This document shows positions 43,501 to 58,500 of a stretch of DNA of 64,000 nt, one piece after another (the stretch's first letter is position 1; each line of letters opens with the position of its first letter). This DNA is from Antedon mediterranea (Eukaryota > Animalia > Echinodermata). The stretch is from NCBI RefSeq assembly GCF_964355755.1, contig NC_092670.1, forward strand, positions 40,846,388 through 40,910,387, read 5' to 3'. The translations under genes were made by a program, and so were the position numbers. Below the pieces are notes generated by a model, which did not search any database, was not told where the DNA came from, and saw only the letters and a program-made list of their open reading frames with translations.

Positions 43501-46500
43501 TTATCCACTCAGTAACGAAATATTTTTTTCATGTTTTATAGGCCTATAAATAATATACCTCTAAATACAGTAAAACATTTGGGATTTAATACTTTTTTTA
43601 TTTTATTTATTTATTTATTTATTTCTTTTAAATATTCATTGTACACTAATTTTCCCCGTGTATGGCAAGAGATTCCTAATTATATTAGAGAACATTCTTT
43701 ATTTAGTTTAGTTAAAACTGTCACTGTCATAATCGATTGAAATATTAAAGTACCATGTCACGATACACCACTACGACGTTTATATTTGGTAATTATTAAT
43801 TAATACAAACGTTGAGAAAGAACTGTCAGTATAAAGTTTATTTGTATATAATAATGTGTTTATATATCTAACAGTAGAGCCTATCCACAATCTCGCAAGT
43901 TTATTCTCAAAGGGCCCATATATTTACCTACCGTATGTGTTAAACCAAGGGCTCATAAATTTACCTACAGTACTTGTGTTAAACCAAACTCTGGCAGACT
44001 GAGAGATTGGGATGTTCCATTCATCGCAAATCAATAGATTTGTATAATCGTATATTAAATCTATCAAAATAGTATTTTTTAAAGAAAATCGGCCTGTCTT
44101 CAACATTATGATGGTGTACTCTAGCTGTTCAACCGGTTTTCAGCTATTAAAAACAATTATCGTAGGAGGAGATAGGAAAATGCGAAGCCTCCTCGCATTT
44201 TTGTGGCGGGTATTTTTCAAGATGGACATCCATTAGACAGTGTATACCACGGTCGGAAAACACCCCTATTTGGGGCAAATCGTTGAACCTAAATTCGTTT
44301 TAATCGTCAATAACTAATTATCTAACTTAATTTAGTTAGTAAACAGGGTTACATCAGGTGGTTAAAATCAGTACCGAAAGTACGAACCAACTTTATATAC
44401 CATCGAGTAAAAATTATAGAAGTAAGGCGCGATTTACCGAATTTTGCCCTTACGTAAATTTATATATAGATTAACAAATATTTTTGTCAAGTTTTTTGTT
44501 TGTTTTAACCTCTGTACAAATTGTTGTTGCTTTTTAGGAAAAAGATTTGTTTGTATTCCTCAAAAAGTGACAATAACAATATTTGTTTGAAAGCCTCTTT
44601 TATTTTATCTTCTTCTTATATAATATGGTTACGATAAGTGTAATCGCAAATTCTTTAAAGACTGTACATAAAACATTTTAATTTGTTCTTTTTAGAATCA
44701 TTAATATATAAATTTGTCCCCAACTGATTGAATTTATAATTATGTTAACTTTCTGTTTAAATTCAAGAATGTAGAAAGTAAACATTTCTTAATTTAAATT
44801 CAATTTTCTATGTTTCTTCATTAGTTCCACCGTCTCTTGAAATCGGTGACCTCAAGGATGTCACGGTCAAAGCTGGCAACATGGTCAAATTTGAAGTCAA
44901 ATTCAGTGGAAGTCCGACACCAACTTGTATTTGGACTAAAGATGATGGACCACTGCAAGGTGATGACCACATCCGTGTCCAAACAAATGCTGTCCAGACG
45001 GCAGCAACGATTGCTACGTGTGAACGTTCGGACACTGGCAAATATAAACTGTCTGTTTCAAATCCATTTGGAACAGAGACAGCATCAGTTACACTCACAG
45101 TGCTAGGTCAGTCATATTTATATTATTTGTTTATTATAATATTTTTTCCATTAAACATAATTTAAATACAGATGCTTGTAATATAAAGAGTTGTGCATAC
45201 ATTGTGTCAGACTCAAGTATCCTGTTTAGCCATTACATGCAGTTCTTTTTATAGTAACATATTTTTGGTTGCATGTTAGGTGATGTTTTATTTGATTATT
45301 ATTATTATTATTATTATTATTACTTGTATAGCGCACATTTATACAACATTTAATTATAATCAGCGGCGCTTCACATCAATTAGTATCGTAACATTGTTTG
45401 AAATATAGTGCTTTTAAATGTTTTTTAAACTGACTTGTATTGGTTGTTCTTGTGTTTTAGTGTAGTGTGGAACTTTCACTTTTAACTTTATTCACATATA
45501 TATACATACAGTACAATATGTGAAAAGGAGCCAAACGTAAGTACTACTTAAGTAATTATTTGTTATTGAATCTGATTATTTCAGACAAACCTGAGGCACC
45601 ACAAGGACCTTTGGAAGCTAGCAAAGTGTTTGCAAACTACCTGACATTGTCCTGGAATCCACCAGCTGATGATGGTGGAGTTCCAATCACTAATTATGTC
45701 ATTGAGAAAAGAGACACTCGTAGATCCAACTGGTCTGTGGTTAATGACACTACGACAGATACCTCAATCCAAGTAAGCTTTTTACTTTTTTGTGTGCTTT
45801 TGTTGTCAGCGTTGATTATGTCAGGATTTGATTATCATGCAAACTTTAAATAATACCTTTTATATGGTTGCCAGTGTAATCCTGACATCACATTATTGAA
45901 CTGTCTTAAGGGTCTTTCACACCTGTTCTAGCAAGGTTCTGGTCAAATCAAATCGAACGTCAATGTTTCGTTTTCATGCGGCTACGCACATATTGATTGG
46001 CGCATAGCCGTTTTGAGCGTCATGAAAACGAATCATTGGCGTCAATTTGATATGCCGGCGCTGGAACGGAATTGTACGGGAACAAGTGTTAAAGACCTTA
46101 GTAAGTTCTGCTAATCAACCAATTAGACTGTTTGAAAATAAAATTTTTCATTTGTGATTTTCTGTTATGATTCATTTGTGTATTTCAGGTTCAAAAATTG
46201 GTAGAAGGCGTTGAGTATGCTTTTAGAGTATATGCTGAAAACGCCCAAGGACAGAGTAAAGCATTGGACATGGTTAAGCCTGTTGTTGCCAAGAATCCAT
46301 TTGGTAAGAAATCGCCTTTAAATGTTTAGCTGTAATTTCAGGTTCTTAAGATACTTCCTATATCCATTTTGTGAGGTAGCAAACTGTACTTAATTTCACT
46401 TAAAAGAAAAATGGAAGAGTCAGCTGTTATGGTTTTCTGATGACCCGCAGCAGCAGCAGTGTCACCTTACACTTAATAAGTTGTTTTCTAACAAAGTCTT

Positions 46501-49500
46501 ATTGTGAGGCTTGCGAGGTGATCAATGCGAACAATTTAGCCCTTGTTTTTGTTGAGTTTCATAATCTTTCCTTTTCTTCACAGTTGAACCTGGCGTCCCA
46601 GGAACTCCAGAGGTGAAAGATTACGACAAAGACTTTGTCGAGATTGGTTGGACTAAGCCCAAGAGCGATGGTGGCGCCCCCATCGAGGGCTACATTGTAG
46701 AACGAAAGGAAAAGAATAGTAACCGTTGGGTTGAAGTTACTGATAAACCAATCAAAGGAGAGAAAATGAAAGTTACAGATGTGGTACCAGGAAAGGAATA
46801 TGAATTCCGTGTTACTGCTGTGAATAAAGCTGGACCAGGCAAGCCTAGCCAAGCATCTACCGCACAAAAAGTCAAACCTAAATTTGGTATGTCCTTCTAT
46901 TACTTTTAAACATAATTATGTAAAATAATTTCTTTTTAAATGTCCTGATATGTCGTCAACTCTTTATCTCCTAAGCAAATGTGATGTTATCAAACCATTT
47001 ACCATCCTTTCTCTTCCCTTTCATTGTCTGCCACTACCTATTTTGATGTGGCCAAACTACTGTATAGTACTTCAGTTATTTTTACAACCTCTCTAATGAT
47101 CTTTCCAATCTTTAATGTTTGAGCATACATATTGAATTATTAAATTTAGTCAAGGATTGAGAAGCATTGTTTTATCAAATTTACATTTTTGATGCAGCTA
47201 AGCCAGAGATTGCAAAAGACGCAATGAGAGATCAAAAGGTCAGAGCAGGTCAACAGTTCAAACTGGAAGTACCGATCAGTGGTGAGCCACCTCCAACAGT
47301 CATTTGGAAGAAGAACGGCAAGGTCATTGAACCTTCAGATCACGTCAAAATAGAGACAACAGAAGATAAAACAGTTTTGTGCATACCAGATGCTTTACGC
47401 GATGACTTTGGCGATTATGAACTAGAGTTGGTTAATGATTCTGGCACTGTGTCAGAAAAATGCAAAATTAACGTCCTGGGTAGGTCATGTTTTTCTTGTT
47501 TTATACTAACTCTACTTGAACAATAACACTATTAAATGTGTTGCCACTGATCCAAAATGTTCATCAATAAAGTTATTAGTTATTATAGATTTTTAATGTA
47601 TGTTGTGCAATCTCAAAGTTTATTTACTGATGTCAGAAACAGTTTATAAAGTGTGAAAAGCTAATTGCTAATTTTAACAAAAGGACACAAACAAATATTA
47701 GGAGCAAGTTTCAGTTGTTTGTAATTTAGTTTTGCTTAAATTCTTTTTTCAGATAAACCATCTCCACCAGAAGGTCCAATTGAGATCACTGAAATCACAG
47801 CTAACACATGCAAGTTGGCATGGAAACCACCGCTTGATGATGGCGGCAGCGAGATCTCAAATTACATCGTTGAGAAATGCGAAAACAACGATGGAGATTG
47901 GGAACGAGTTAGCGGCTACGTGAACACTACAAGTTTGCAAGTATCAAAGCTGAGAAAGGGATCAGCTTATAAGTTTAGGGTTGTTGCTGAAAACGGCCAT
48001 GGAGGTATGAGCAGCCCATTGGAATCGGAGGAAATTATTGCAAAGAATGCTTATGGTAAGTATTAAGGAATGAAGAGACAATGTACATGCTATATTTGTA
48101 GGAATCAGCTATTAGCTTTAATCTTTAAGCTCTGTGAGATTATTAATATGTAAGCTCTGTCTACACTATCAAACTGTATGTGACAAAAACTGTGATGTGC
48201 CCATGTATGGACATGATGATGTCATATCACTACCATATTTGGGCACATCACACTTTTTTATCAAACTAGTTTGATAGTGTAGACTTCAAATCCAGTAAAG
48301 TATGGGATACCAGTTGTCAGGAGATATGAATTCCAGGCTAGTGATCAGTCAGTCGTGGGCTTAAGTTCCACCTGAGAACAACTTTTTGAGTTTGAGAGTT
48401 CTCAATGATTTCTTGGTATCAGAATATCTGATTTATCAATAATAATCTTAATAATGATATATATATAATGAAAACGTCAAATATATTGACCCACCAAGTT
48501 TGTGTTTTTAGATGAGCCAGATGCACCAGGCAAACCTAAAATCTTGGCTTACGATCGCGACCATGTCGACTTAGAATGGGAAACTCCAAAGTCAGATGGA
48601 GGAGACAAAATCTTTGGTTACACAGTTGAAAGAAAAGATCCAAGAAGTAACCGTTGGATTAAAGTGAATAAAAGTCCAGTGATGGGAAATAAGATGACAG
48701 CTAAAGGCTTGGTAGAGGGTAAAGAATACCAGTTTAGGGTGACTGCTGAGAACAAGGCTGGCTTAGGGAAACCTAGTGAAGAATCTGATGTTGTCACGGC
48801 AAAGCCTCAATTTGGTATGTAATTTAATTTCTTAGTTTAAGTTTTTTAAATTTCTTGAATTATATTAAAAACAAATTATTACATGGCTGGTTGAATATTG
48901 TAATATTTTATAAAATAATAATTTGACAAATGTGTTAAATGTTAAACAAATATATGCTTCTATGCCTAAACAATGTTACTAAATAATATAAATGATATAT
49001 GCTCCTATACCTATCTCACTCATAGACACCACTCTTGGTTTTTGTATTGTATGTCTACGATGCCAAAGCTACAAATTAATACCTTTCATGTTGGCATACA
49101 TTGTTCATGACAATAAAGAATATTAAATCAAAAAATATCTTAATGTTTTTTTCAATTTAGAAAAACCCAAAGTGGACACCAACCTAATGTCTGGCAGAGA
49201 GATTAGAGTTCGTGCAGGGGAAACATTTGACTTCAAAGTACCATTTGTTGGAAGCCCACCCCCAACGGCAACATGGTACAAAGATAATCGTGAACTGAAG
49301 CTGTCCGACCGTGTGTCAGTGGAAACTAGCGAGACAGACACTGTCATCTTCAACAAGAAAGCTGAAAGAGGAGATAGTGGGAATTATAAGATAAACTTAG
49401 AAAATAACAGAGGATCAGATTCTGTCAATGTTAAAGTTACAGTACTAGGTAATTCGTTGTTCTTAAATTGTATTGATATTTCAATCTTTGGTGGTAATTG

Positions 49501-52500
49501 TTAAGTTGAGTAGTGCTTAAAGCCTGTTTTCCTGTCAAAGTTTTTCAACGCTATCGTCGTTGATCATTAACAGTTCAATGACGATTGTTTGAAAACGATC
49601 AAGTTGAAATGATAACGATAACGAGTACCTTTTCCTGTAAATCGTTAACATTTCACTGTTTACGTAGAAGATTGCCAATTATTGTTAACAATACCATTGA
49701 ATAACGTTGACAGGAAACAGGCTTAAGACCACAAATCCAAACGTTCCAATCCTTTTAAATTTCTGGATTTTTTCTCATGACAAAAATAACCACTCCACAT
49801 TTAGAACATCTTGTGTGTTTTTTTTTTGTGAACAGGATTGCCACATTTAAAGATAGTGAATGTATTGGTTTTACTTGACTTTAGCAATTTGTTAAGTTTC
49901 ATCAAGTTTGATGATGTGATATTTATTTTTTTAAATGGTTTGCTTAATTTTTAAGACAAGCCAACGGCACCTAAGGGACCAATCGCTTACTCAGAATTCT
50001 CCAAGACATCTGTCAAGCTATCCTGGGAGCCTCCAGAAGATGATGGTGGCTGCAACATCACAGGATATGTCGTAGAGGTCACTGAAGCTGGACATGACAA
50101 GTGGACAATAGCCACCTCCAGTGTCCATTCCACTAACTACACAGTACATGATCTCATTGAGCATCAGAACTACAAGTTCCGTGTGTCTGCTACCAACCAA
50201 TGTGGAACTGGACCACCTCTGGATGGAAAACCAGTTAGAGTCAAACTTCCATTTGGTAAGTTTTGAAGACTTATAATTTACTGACCCTCTTCCATTACAT
50301 TTAATAGTAAGTTTTGGGGTTTTTTGTAAGCGCTAAATTGTGACATGAAGGCGAAGAAAATTTGTACAGCAATTAAATTTGTTTTTATTTAATCCTATCA
50401 TTTTCATAGGTTTTGTTATTTTTATTTGTATTGTTTTATCATGTTTTTAAATTGAAGAAATAAATGAAATCTGGCTACCATGGGTTCGTTGATAATCTGG
50501 TTACCATGGGTTCGTTGATTGCCTAATCTGGTTACCATGGGTTCGTTGATTGCCTAATCTGGTTACCATGGGTTCGTTGATTGCCTAATCTGGTTACCAT
50601 GGGTTCGTTGATTGCCTAATCTGGTTACCATGGGTTCGTTGATTGCCTAATCTGGTTACCATGGGTTCGTTAATTGCCTAATCTGGTTACCATGGGTTCG
50701 TTGATTGCCTAATCTGGTTACCATGGGTTCGTTGATTGCCTAATCTGGTTACCATGGGTTCGTTGATTGCCTAATCTGGTTACCATGGGTTCGTTGATTG
50801 CCTAATCTGGTTACCATGGGTTCGTTGATTGCCTAATCTGGTTACCATGGGTTCGTTGATTGCCTAATCTGGTTACCATGGGTTCGTTGATTGCCTAATC
50901 TGAATTTCTTCAATATTGAGGATGAATAATGTAAACAAACAAACAAATAAAAATATCATTTAAAAGTTTCTTTTATTGATATCTCTCAGATGAACCAGAT
51001 TCCCCGAGCATTCCTGTGGTTGAAGAAATGTCAAAGAGCTCTGCCACAGTCGCTTGGACACCACCAGCAAATGATGGTGGATCGCCGATTACCGGTTATT
51101 TTGTTGAATACAAAGAACCAGACTCAAATAAATGGATAAAAGCAAACAGTTTCCCTTTGAAAGACAACAAACTTACAATCCCAGGTTTAGATGAAGGAAA
51201 GGAGTATGAGTTCCGTGTTGCAGCTGAGAACGAGGCTGGTGTTGGCAAACCCAGTCGCGCTTCCTCACCGGCAGTCGCTGAGGATCCAGTGGGTATGTCT
51301 TCTCAGTCATTCTGGTCTACTTGTAAAAAATGTATTTTTTACTGCAAAAAATGAGTTTTTTTGTTATTATTAAAAAAAAAAAATACTGGGCGACCTCTTC
51401 AGTCATAGACTGGTTTCCCAGAGGCTTAGGGTGAATATTCCTGGAAATTAGCAGTTTATATGGTAAAATTCTGCAGATCAAAACTCTGTTGTGTGTAAAA
51501 TACTTGAAAATTCATTGGAACAAAATTAGTATTAATATTATAAAAAAATTATGATTTTGCAATGTGATAAACATAAATAATATCTTTTCCCATCAATAGT
51601 AACTGCTGATGCACCAGGAAAACCAGTCCTTTCCAAGATTCGTAAGAATTCTGCCAATGTTACCTGGACCTCACCGATGTCAGATGGTGGTGCTAAAATC
51701 AGTGATTACGTCGTCCAGAAAAAGAAACCCGGTTCAAAAGACGAGTGGCAAGATGTAATGTGATTTATGACATTATCTTTCAAAATGTTATCATACATAA
51801 TATTTTTAATTAAACTCTTAAATAGATTCCAGTCATTTGATTGGACGATTGTGGCGACCCAATGCATTGTGTATCTAGATCATGTGTAGTGTGTAGCAGC
51901 TGGAAGAAGTCTCATAATGAACTTTGACCTATTCGATATAATGCCTGCTTTTTTGCCTAAGCCCAGTGACCCTATACAAAAAAGAAAAGGAATTATTTTC
52001 CATTTTTTAACATCGGATAAAATTGAGTCTTGAATTGATGCATAAGGGAATATACTGTCTCTAACAATTTTACTCAATTTAATCAACTGAAAATTCAATC
52101 AATAAAATATTTTAGCTATTGTACATATGAATACAATACCCAATACCCTACTCTAATGTTATAACAATCTTAAACTATAGAAAACAATAATTTTGTTTTG
52201 TAAAATTCTTAATTCTTCTGAATAGGCTGTCACTGTGCCAGCAACTGAAACTTCAGCCACAGTACCAGATCTTGTTGAAGGAGATAAGTATGAATTCCGT
52301 GTGTTAGCAAAGAATGCAAAAGGATTAGGCAAGCCTAGCCAATCAAGTGGTATCATCACAGCGGAAGACCACCCAGAAGAACCTCAACTTGACATCGGTG
52401 ACCTCACAGACTTTAAGGTCAAGGTTAGCGAACCATTTAAAATGTGTTTAAATTTCACAGGAATACCAATCCCTGTAATAACATGGAGTATGGACGGACA

Positions 52501-55500
52501 CACGGTGAAAGAAGACGGCACCAGAAAGACCATTACAAACTCAAGTACGGAAACTAAATTTGTGGTGGACAGTGCTAAACGATGTGATGGTGGTCGCTAT
52601 ACAGTATCGCTCAAAAATCCTTCAGGGTCAGATAGTGCAAGAGTTAAAGTCACTGTATATGGTAAGTTAAACTTAAGAGATTTGATTGGATTAGAATGAA
52701 AAGCAGCAGCAAATGGGGATTGTTGTCGCTTTAGTCGTCCAATGATGATTAATAACTAACATAATTCATTGTTGAATGTAAAATACATTCAATCATTGAT
52801 TCCATCATGGTTGACTGCAATGATGGATCGCCAAGTACTCGGTCTTCAGTAAGTTGATATATTATATGTGTAGGTTGTCCAATTAAAGTTTTTATTCTAT
52901 CAAACCATCTTAACATTGGGCGTCCTGGTCTCATTAAAATTTAAATAAAACAGCCAATTTGATCTTATTGATTTGTCACACAGGTATACCAGACCCACCA
53001 GAAGGGCCAGTAGAGATCAGTGATGTTGGTCCTGATACAGTCACTCTCAGCTGGAAAGCGCCAGCACATGGCAAAGAAGATATCGACAACTACGTAGTAG
53101 AAAAGAAGGCAGCTGGTACTGGTGAATGGGAGAAAGTAAGTTCTTTCGTCCCTGGAACTACCTTTAAAGTCCGCAAACTTGACGAAGGAACTGAATATGA
53201 ATTCCGTGTGAAGGCTGAGAATACATTTGGAGAAAGTGAACCTTTGAAATCGGAATCTGTGGTTGCCAAAAATCCTTTCGGTGAGTTAAATCGTTTAAAT
53301 TTGATGATTTGAAATTGTTTTTAAAGTAAAATAGATGCATAATTTTTACAGATTCTCAAATGAACAAATTCAACCATTCTAAAGCTCTGTCTACACTATC
53401 AAACTAGTTTGACAAAAAAAGTGTGATGTGCCCAAATATGGTGGTGGTATCACATATCATGTCCATATATTATGGGAACATCACATTTTGTTGTCACATA
53501 AAGGTTGATAGTGTAGACATAGCTTTCTGGATATTAAACTTGTTATTATTCAAGTTTCACACGTCATTACATGGTTTGAAATTGTAGGCATTTGATCAAG
53601 TTAAAATACAGGTTATAATATGAATGCATCTTATTGGAATATTCACATAGAGGCATTCATTGATTGTATTTGTAGATGCACCTGGATCCCCAGGCACCCC
53701 AGTTGCCAAGGATACAGATAAGACAGCCATTACCATATCATGGTCACCACCTAAGAATGATGGTGGAAGCCCTATTACAGGTTACATAGTAGAGAAAAAA
53801 GAAGCTGGATCAAATAGATGGGTTCCAGCAACCAGGTAAGATCAGAACAATTTCACGTTCATTTTGCGTTTTTGTGCGAGAATATGAATGAATACTTTGG
53901 GGTGTGTTTATCTGGCCCGGAGTTGAGGTGATCTGGATAGTATATCAGCTCTCTTAAAATGTATTTATGTGATGTGCCTATATATGAACATGATGATGTC
54001 ATATCACTACCATATTTGGGTATATCACTACCATATTTGAACACATCACATTTTTTTGGTCAAATTAGTTTGATAGAGTAGGCAGCACTAGGATAGTGAA
54101 GGTTTAGCTTGATGATTAACATGCCTGTCTGGTTCAATCCTGACATAGTGCCAGGGTTGTAACTCACTTATTTCTACAAGAGGCAGCAAGTACTATCTGC
54201 TTCTCATGAATTTACTACATTCCTATTTCAGAGCTCCAATTCGTGAGACTACATTTACTGCTGGTAAACTAACTGAAGGCAAAGAATACGATTTCAGAGT
54301 TAAGGCACAAAACAAAGCAGGCGATGGCAAACCAAGTGAGACAGCTGCTTCCATCACTGCTGCTCCTCCTGCAAGTAAGTACTGAGAAGATAATTCTTAT
54401 GTATTTATAGTATATTGCATTCATATCTTATATGTGGTTAGAGTAACTATTGTAATTTGCTAGCAAATGAGGTTGTGTGACAGTAGTAATTATATATCAG
54501 TTTAAGCAGGCGTAGTTTATGACAACCATTTAAGGTTTTATCCATCCTTCCATTCCATCTATTTATATGTATGTCTGTCAATCAATGTATTTCTTACCTC
54601 TGCCATTCATATCACCCATCTCATATATTCCATCCACCCCAACCATTAATTCATCCAAACCACCCATCTCATCCCATCCATCCATCCTTTCATTCATCCA
54701 CTACGTCTCCATCTATTCATCCATTCATCCACTATGCATTTACCCATCTCATCCCATTCCAAACAAGTTTTGCATGTTGTATGTTACTGAGGACTTGTCT
54801 TTGATGACCATGAGGAAAAATTTACCAATAGATAGTCCTAAATATCAAGGTATATAATTGTGTTCTGTACTCTTTCTATTTGATACTCCTTTACAGGTAA
54901 ACCACGAGTACCAAGTGACGAACGTTTCAAAGAGGTCAGAGCCCGAGCTGGGGAGCAGTATCGTGTAGTTATACCCTTCACAGGTGCTCCAGCCCCTACA
55001 GTCACATGGGTTAATGATGATAAAGGTGGTACAGCTGTTGAACCATCCACAAGGATTAAGTTTGAAACTAACACTGAAGAGACTGTGCTTATTAATTTGA
55101 ACGCACAACGAGACGACACCGGAAAATATACCGTTACTTTGAAAAACCCGAAAGGAGAAGATACAGTGTCAGTTAGGGTTACTGTATTTGGTAAGGACTT
55201 TTATTGATACTTTTAATATCTAATATAAACAACAATTTAAAACAAAAAAAGTGAAAGTCTATAAATGCACTATTTCTCAAGCTATTCTGGGTTAATATAT
55301 ACCACTTATCTGCAACATTCAGTGTCCGTAAGCGCTAATTGTATAAAGTCAATAACCACCATATGTGATCTAGTTACAAGGATCAGTACCAGTATCCACT
55401 ATGGGTAATTTTAATTTGTCATAAATTAACAATTTTTGTCTAAATAATAGACGCACCTGGCACGCCTGAAGGTCCTTTGGAGGCATCTGACGTAACAGCA

Positions 55501-58500
55501 GAGTCTGTCAGGTTGTCATGGAAACCTCCAAAGGATGATGGAGGAACCGAAGTTAGTAACTACGTTGTAGAAAAAAGTGAAGAAGGTTCCGGTGTGTGGA
55601 CAAAAGTTAGTGGCTTTGTTCGTAGTCCTAACTACGAGGTCACTGGTTTGGATGAAGGCGTTTCATACAACTTCCGAGTGTCTGCCGAGAATGAATTTGG
55701 AACCAGTGAGCCGTTGGTGAAATCTGTTTCTGTCACTGCTAAGAATCCTTATGGTATGTTCATCATGGTCCACTACTTCATTTTCATTTTAGAATAGACT
55801 GTGATGTTTAAACAGAACCTTAAATTCAGTCCAGTGTCAGATCAACACTTTTTTCAGAATTTAAAAAAATCAAAGCATACCAGTGGAACGCAGAGCCCTT
55901 TAAAATAATATTTAAATAATTGTTTTGATATTCTACTTACTGTAGATGCTGCTGACAAGCCTGGTAAACCAGAAATCAAAGAAGTCGATAAAGGGTTTGT
56001 GACGTTGGCATGGAAACCACCAGATTCAGATGGTGGTAGTAGAATTACAGGCTACATTGTTGAGTCACGCTCTGATGACTCGGATTGGACACAGGTATTC
56101 ATTGACATCTTTTTAAATTTAGTATATTTTATTTGCCTCGTTAAGATATATGTATTGTATAGATGTTCTGTTTATAGATACTTACCTGTATCAACCTACA
56201 AATTATAGATACTTACCTGTATCAACCTACAAATTATAGATACTTACCTGTATCAACCTACACATTATAGATACTTACCTGTATCAACCTACAAATTATA
56301 GATACTTACCTGTATCAGCCTACACATTATAGATACTTACCTGTATCAACCTACAAATTATAGATACTTACCTGTATCAACCTACACATTATAGATACTT
56401 ACCTGTATCAACCTACAAATTATAGATACTTACCTGTATCAACCTACAAATTATAGATACTTACCTGTATCAACCTACAAATTATAGATACTTACCTGTA
56501 TCAACCTACACATTATAGATACTTACCTGTATCAACCTACAAATTATAGATACTTACCTGTATCAACCTACAAATTATAGATACTTACCTGTATCAACCT
56601 ACAAATTATAGATACTTACCTGTATCAACCTACACATTATAGATACTTACCTGTATCAACCTACACATTATAGATACTTACCTGTATCAACCTACACATT
56701 ATAGATACTTACCTGTATCAACCTACACATTATAGATACTTACCTGTATCAACCTACAAATTATAGATACTTACCTGTATCAACCTACAAATTATAGATA
56801 CTTACCTGTATCAACCTACAAATTATAGATACTTACCTGTATCAACCTACACATTATAGATACTTACCTGTATCAACCTACAAATTATAGATACTTACCT
56901 GTATCAACCTACAAATTATAGATACTTACCTGTATCAACCTACAAATTATAGATACTTACCTGTATCAACCTACAAATTATAGATACTTACCTGTATCAA
57001 CCTACAAATTATAGATACTTACCTGTATCAACCTACAAATTATAGATACTTACCTGTATCAACCTACAAATTATAGATACTTACCTGTATCAACCTACAA
57101 ATTATAGATACTTACCTGTATCAACCTACAAATTGTAGATACTTACCTGTATCAACCTACACATTATAGATACTTACCTGTATCAACCTACAAATTATAG
57201 ATACTTACCTGTATCAACCTACACATTATAGATACTTACCTGTATCAACCTACAAATTATAGATACTTACCTGTATCAACCTACAAATTTTATTTTTAAT
57301 ACAATAAACACCTTTATTATTATAAAGAAATTCATTTTGGCACCATTTCCAAATTCTGTGTTTCTTAAATGTTTTACTTGCCTATTTGTACTTTAAATAT
57401 CGTGTTGCACTGATGTTTCTTTAATGTTTTACTTGCCTATTTGTACTTTAAATATCGTGTTGCACTGATGTTTCTTTAAAATGTTTAGGTCATCAACCAC
57501 GTACAAGTTTTTTGTTGATTGACCGTTTCATCTTTTAATGTAGTTTATTCAGTTTTTTGTTGATTGACCGTTTCATCTTTTAATGTAGTTTATTCAGTTT
57601 TTTGTTGATTGACCGTTTCATCTTTTAATGTAGTTTATTCAGTTTTTTGTTGATTGACCATTTCATCTTTTAATGTAGTTTATTCAATATTTTTTTTTTA
57701 TGGTATTTCTATTTTGGATGAATAAATTAATGAAATAAAAATGTGTATAAATGTATTTATTGTGTTTACTTGCAGTGCAATATATACCCAGTGAAAGACT
57801 GTTCATTCAGTGTTAGCAACCTTGATGAGAATGCTAAGTATGAATTCAGAGTACGAGCTAAGAACGCAGCTGGCCTCAGTCAGCCTAGTGCTTCCTCAGA
57901 TACCGTCTTCCCCAAGTCTGCTTGTGGTAAGTATTAAAGTTAATTTTTAGATTATAATACACAATGTCTAGCATAAAGGATAATGAGATTCATTTATGAA
58001 TCTTTCTCAAACTTCATTTTTTGTTTTAGTACCACCTGGTAAGCCAGGAACACCTCAAATTGGTCAGGTGACACCAACGACAGTGGAACTAAACTGGACC
58101 AAACCAGTGTCTGATGGCGGCAGCAGAATCACAGGTAACTGGCGCTAAAAATTAGCAAGTACCAGAATAGAACTTAAGTGTGAAAAAACATTCATATTAT
58201 GATTTTACAAATGTATTAATTCATTACAAGGTTATGTGGTTGAGTTGAAGCCAACAGATTCAGATAATTGGACAAAATCTAACAAATATCCTGTCAAGGA
58301 ACCACACTTTACCGTAGATGATCTGACTCAAGGCAGAGAGTATGAGTTCAGAGTAAGAGCACAAAATGAGGCTGGAGTTAGTGAGCCTAGCAATGCTAGT
58401 CAACCAGTTGTACCCAAGGCAGCAAATGGTATGAAAATCCAAATTTTATAATAAATATTCTTTTTATTGTGTCTTATTTTTTTAACATTTTTTTTTTAAA

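Noticed and set aside
54540-54760. ORFs in the CATC-rich tract
   Set aside because: Degenerate (CATC)n low-complexity intron sequence.
41156-57288. 23-31 bp repeat arrays as CRISPR arrays
   Set aside because: Head-to-tail units with no unique spacers, inside eukaryotic introns, no cas genes.
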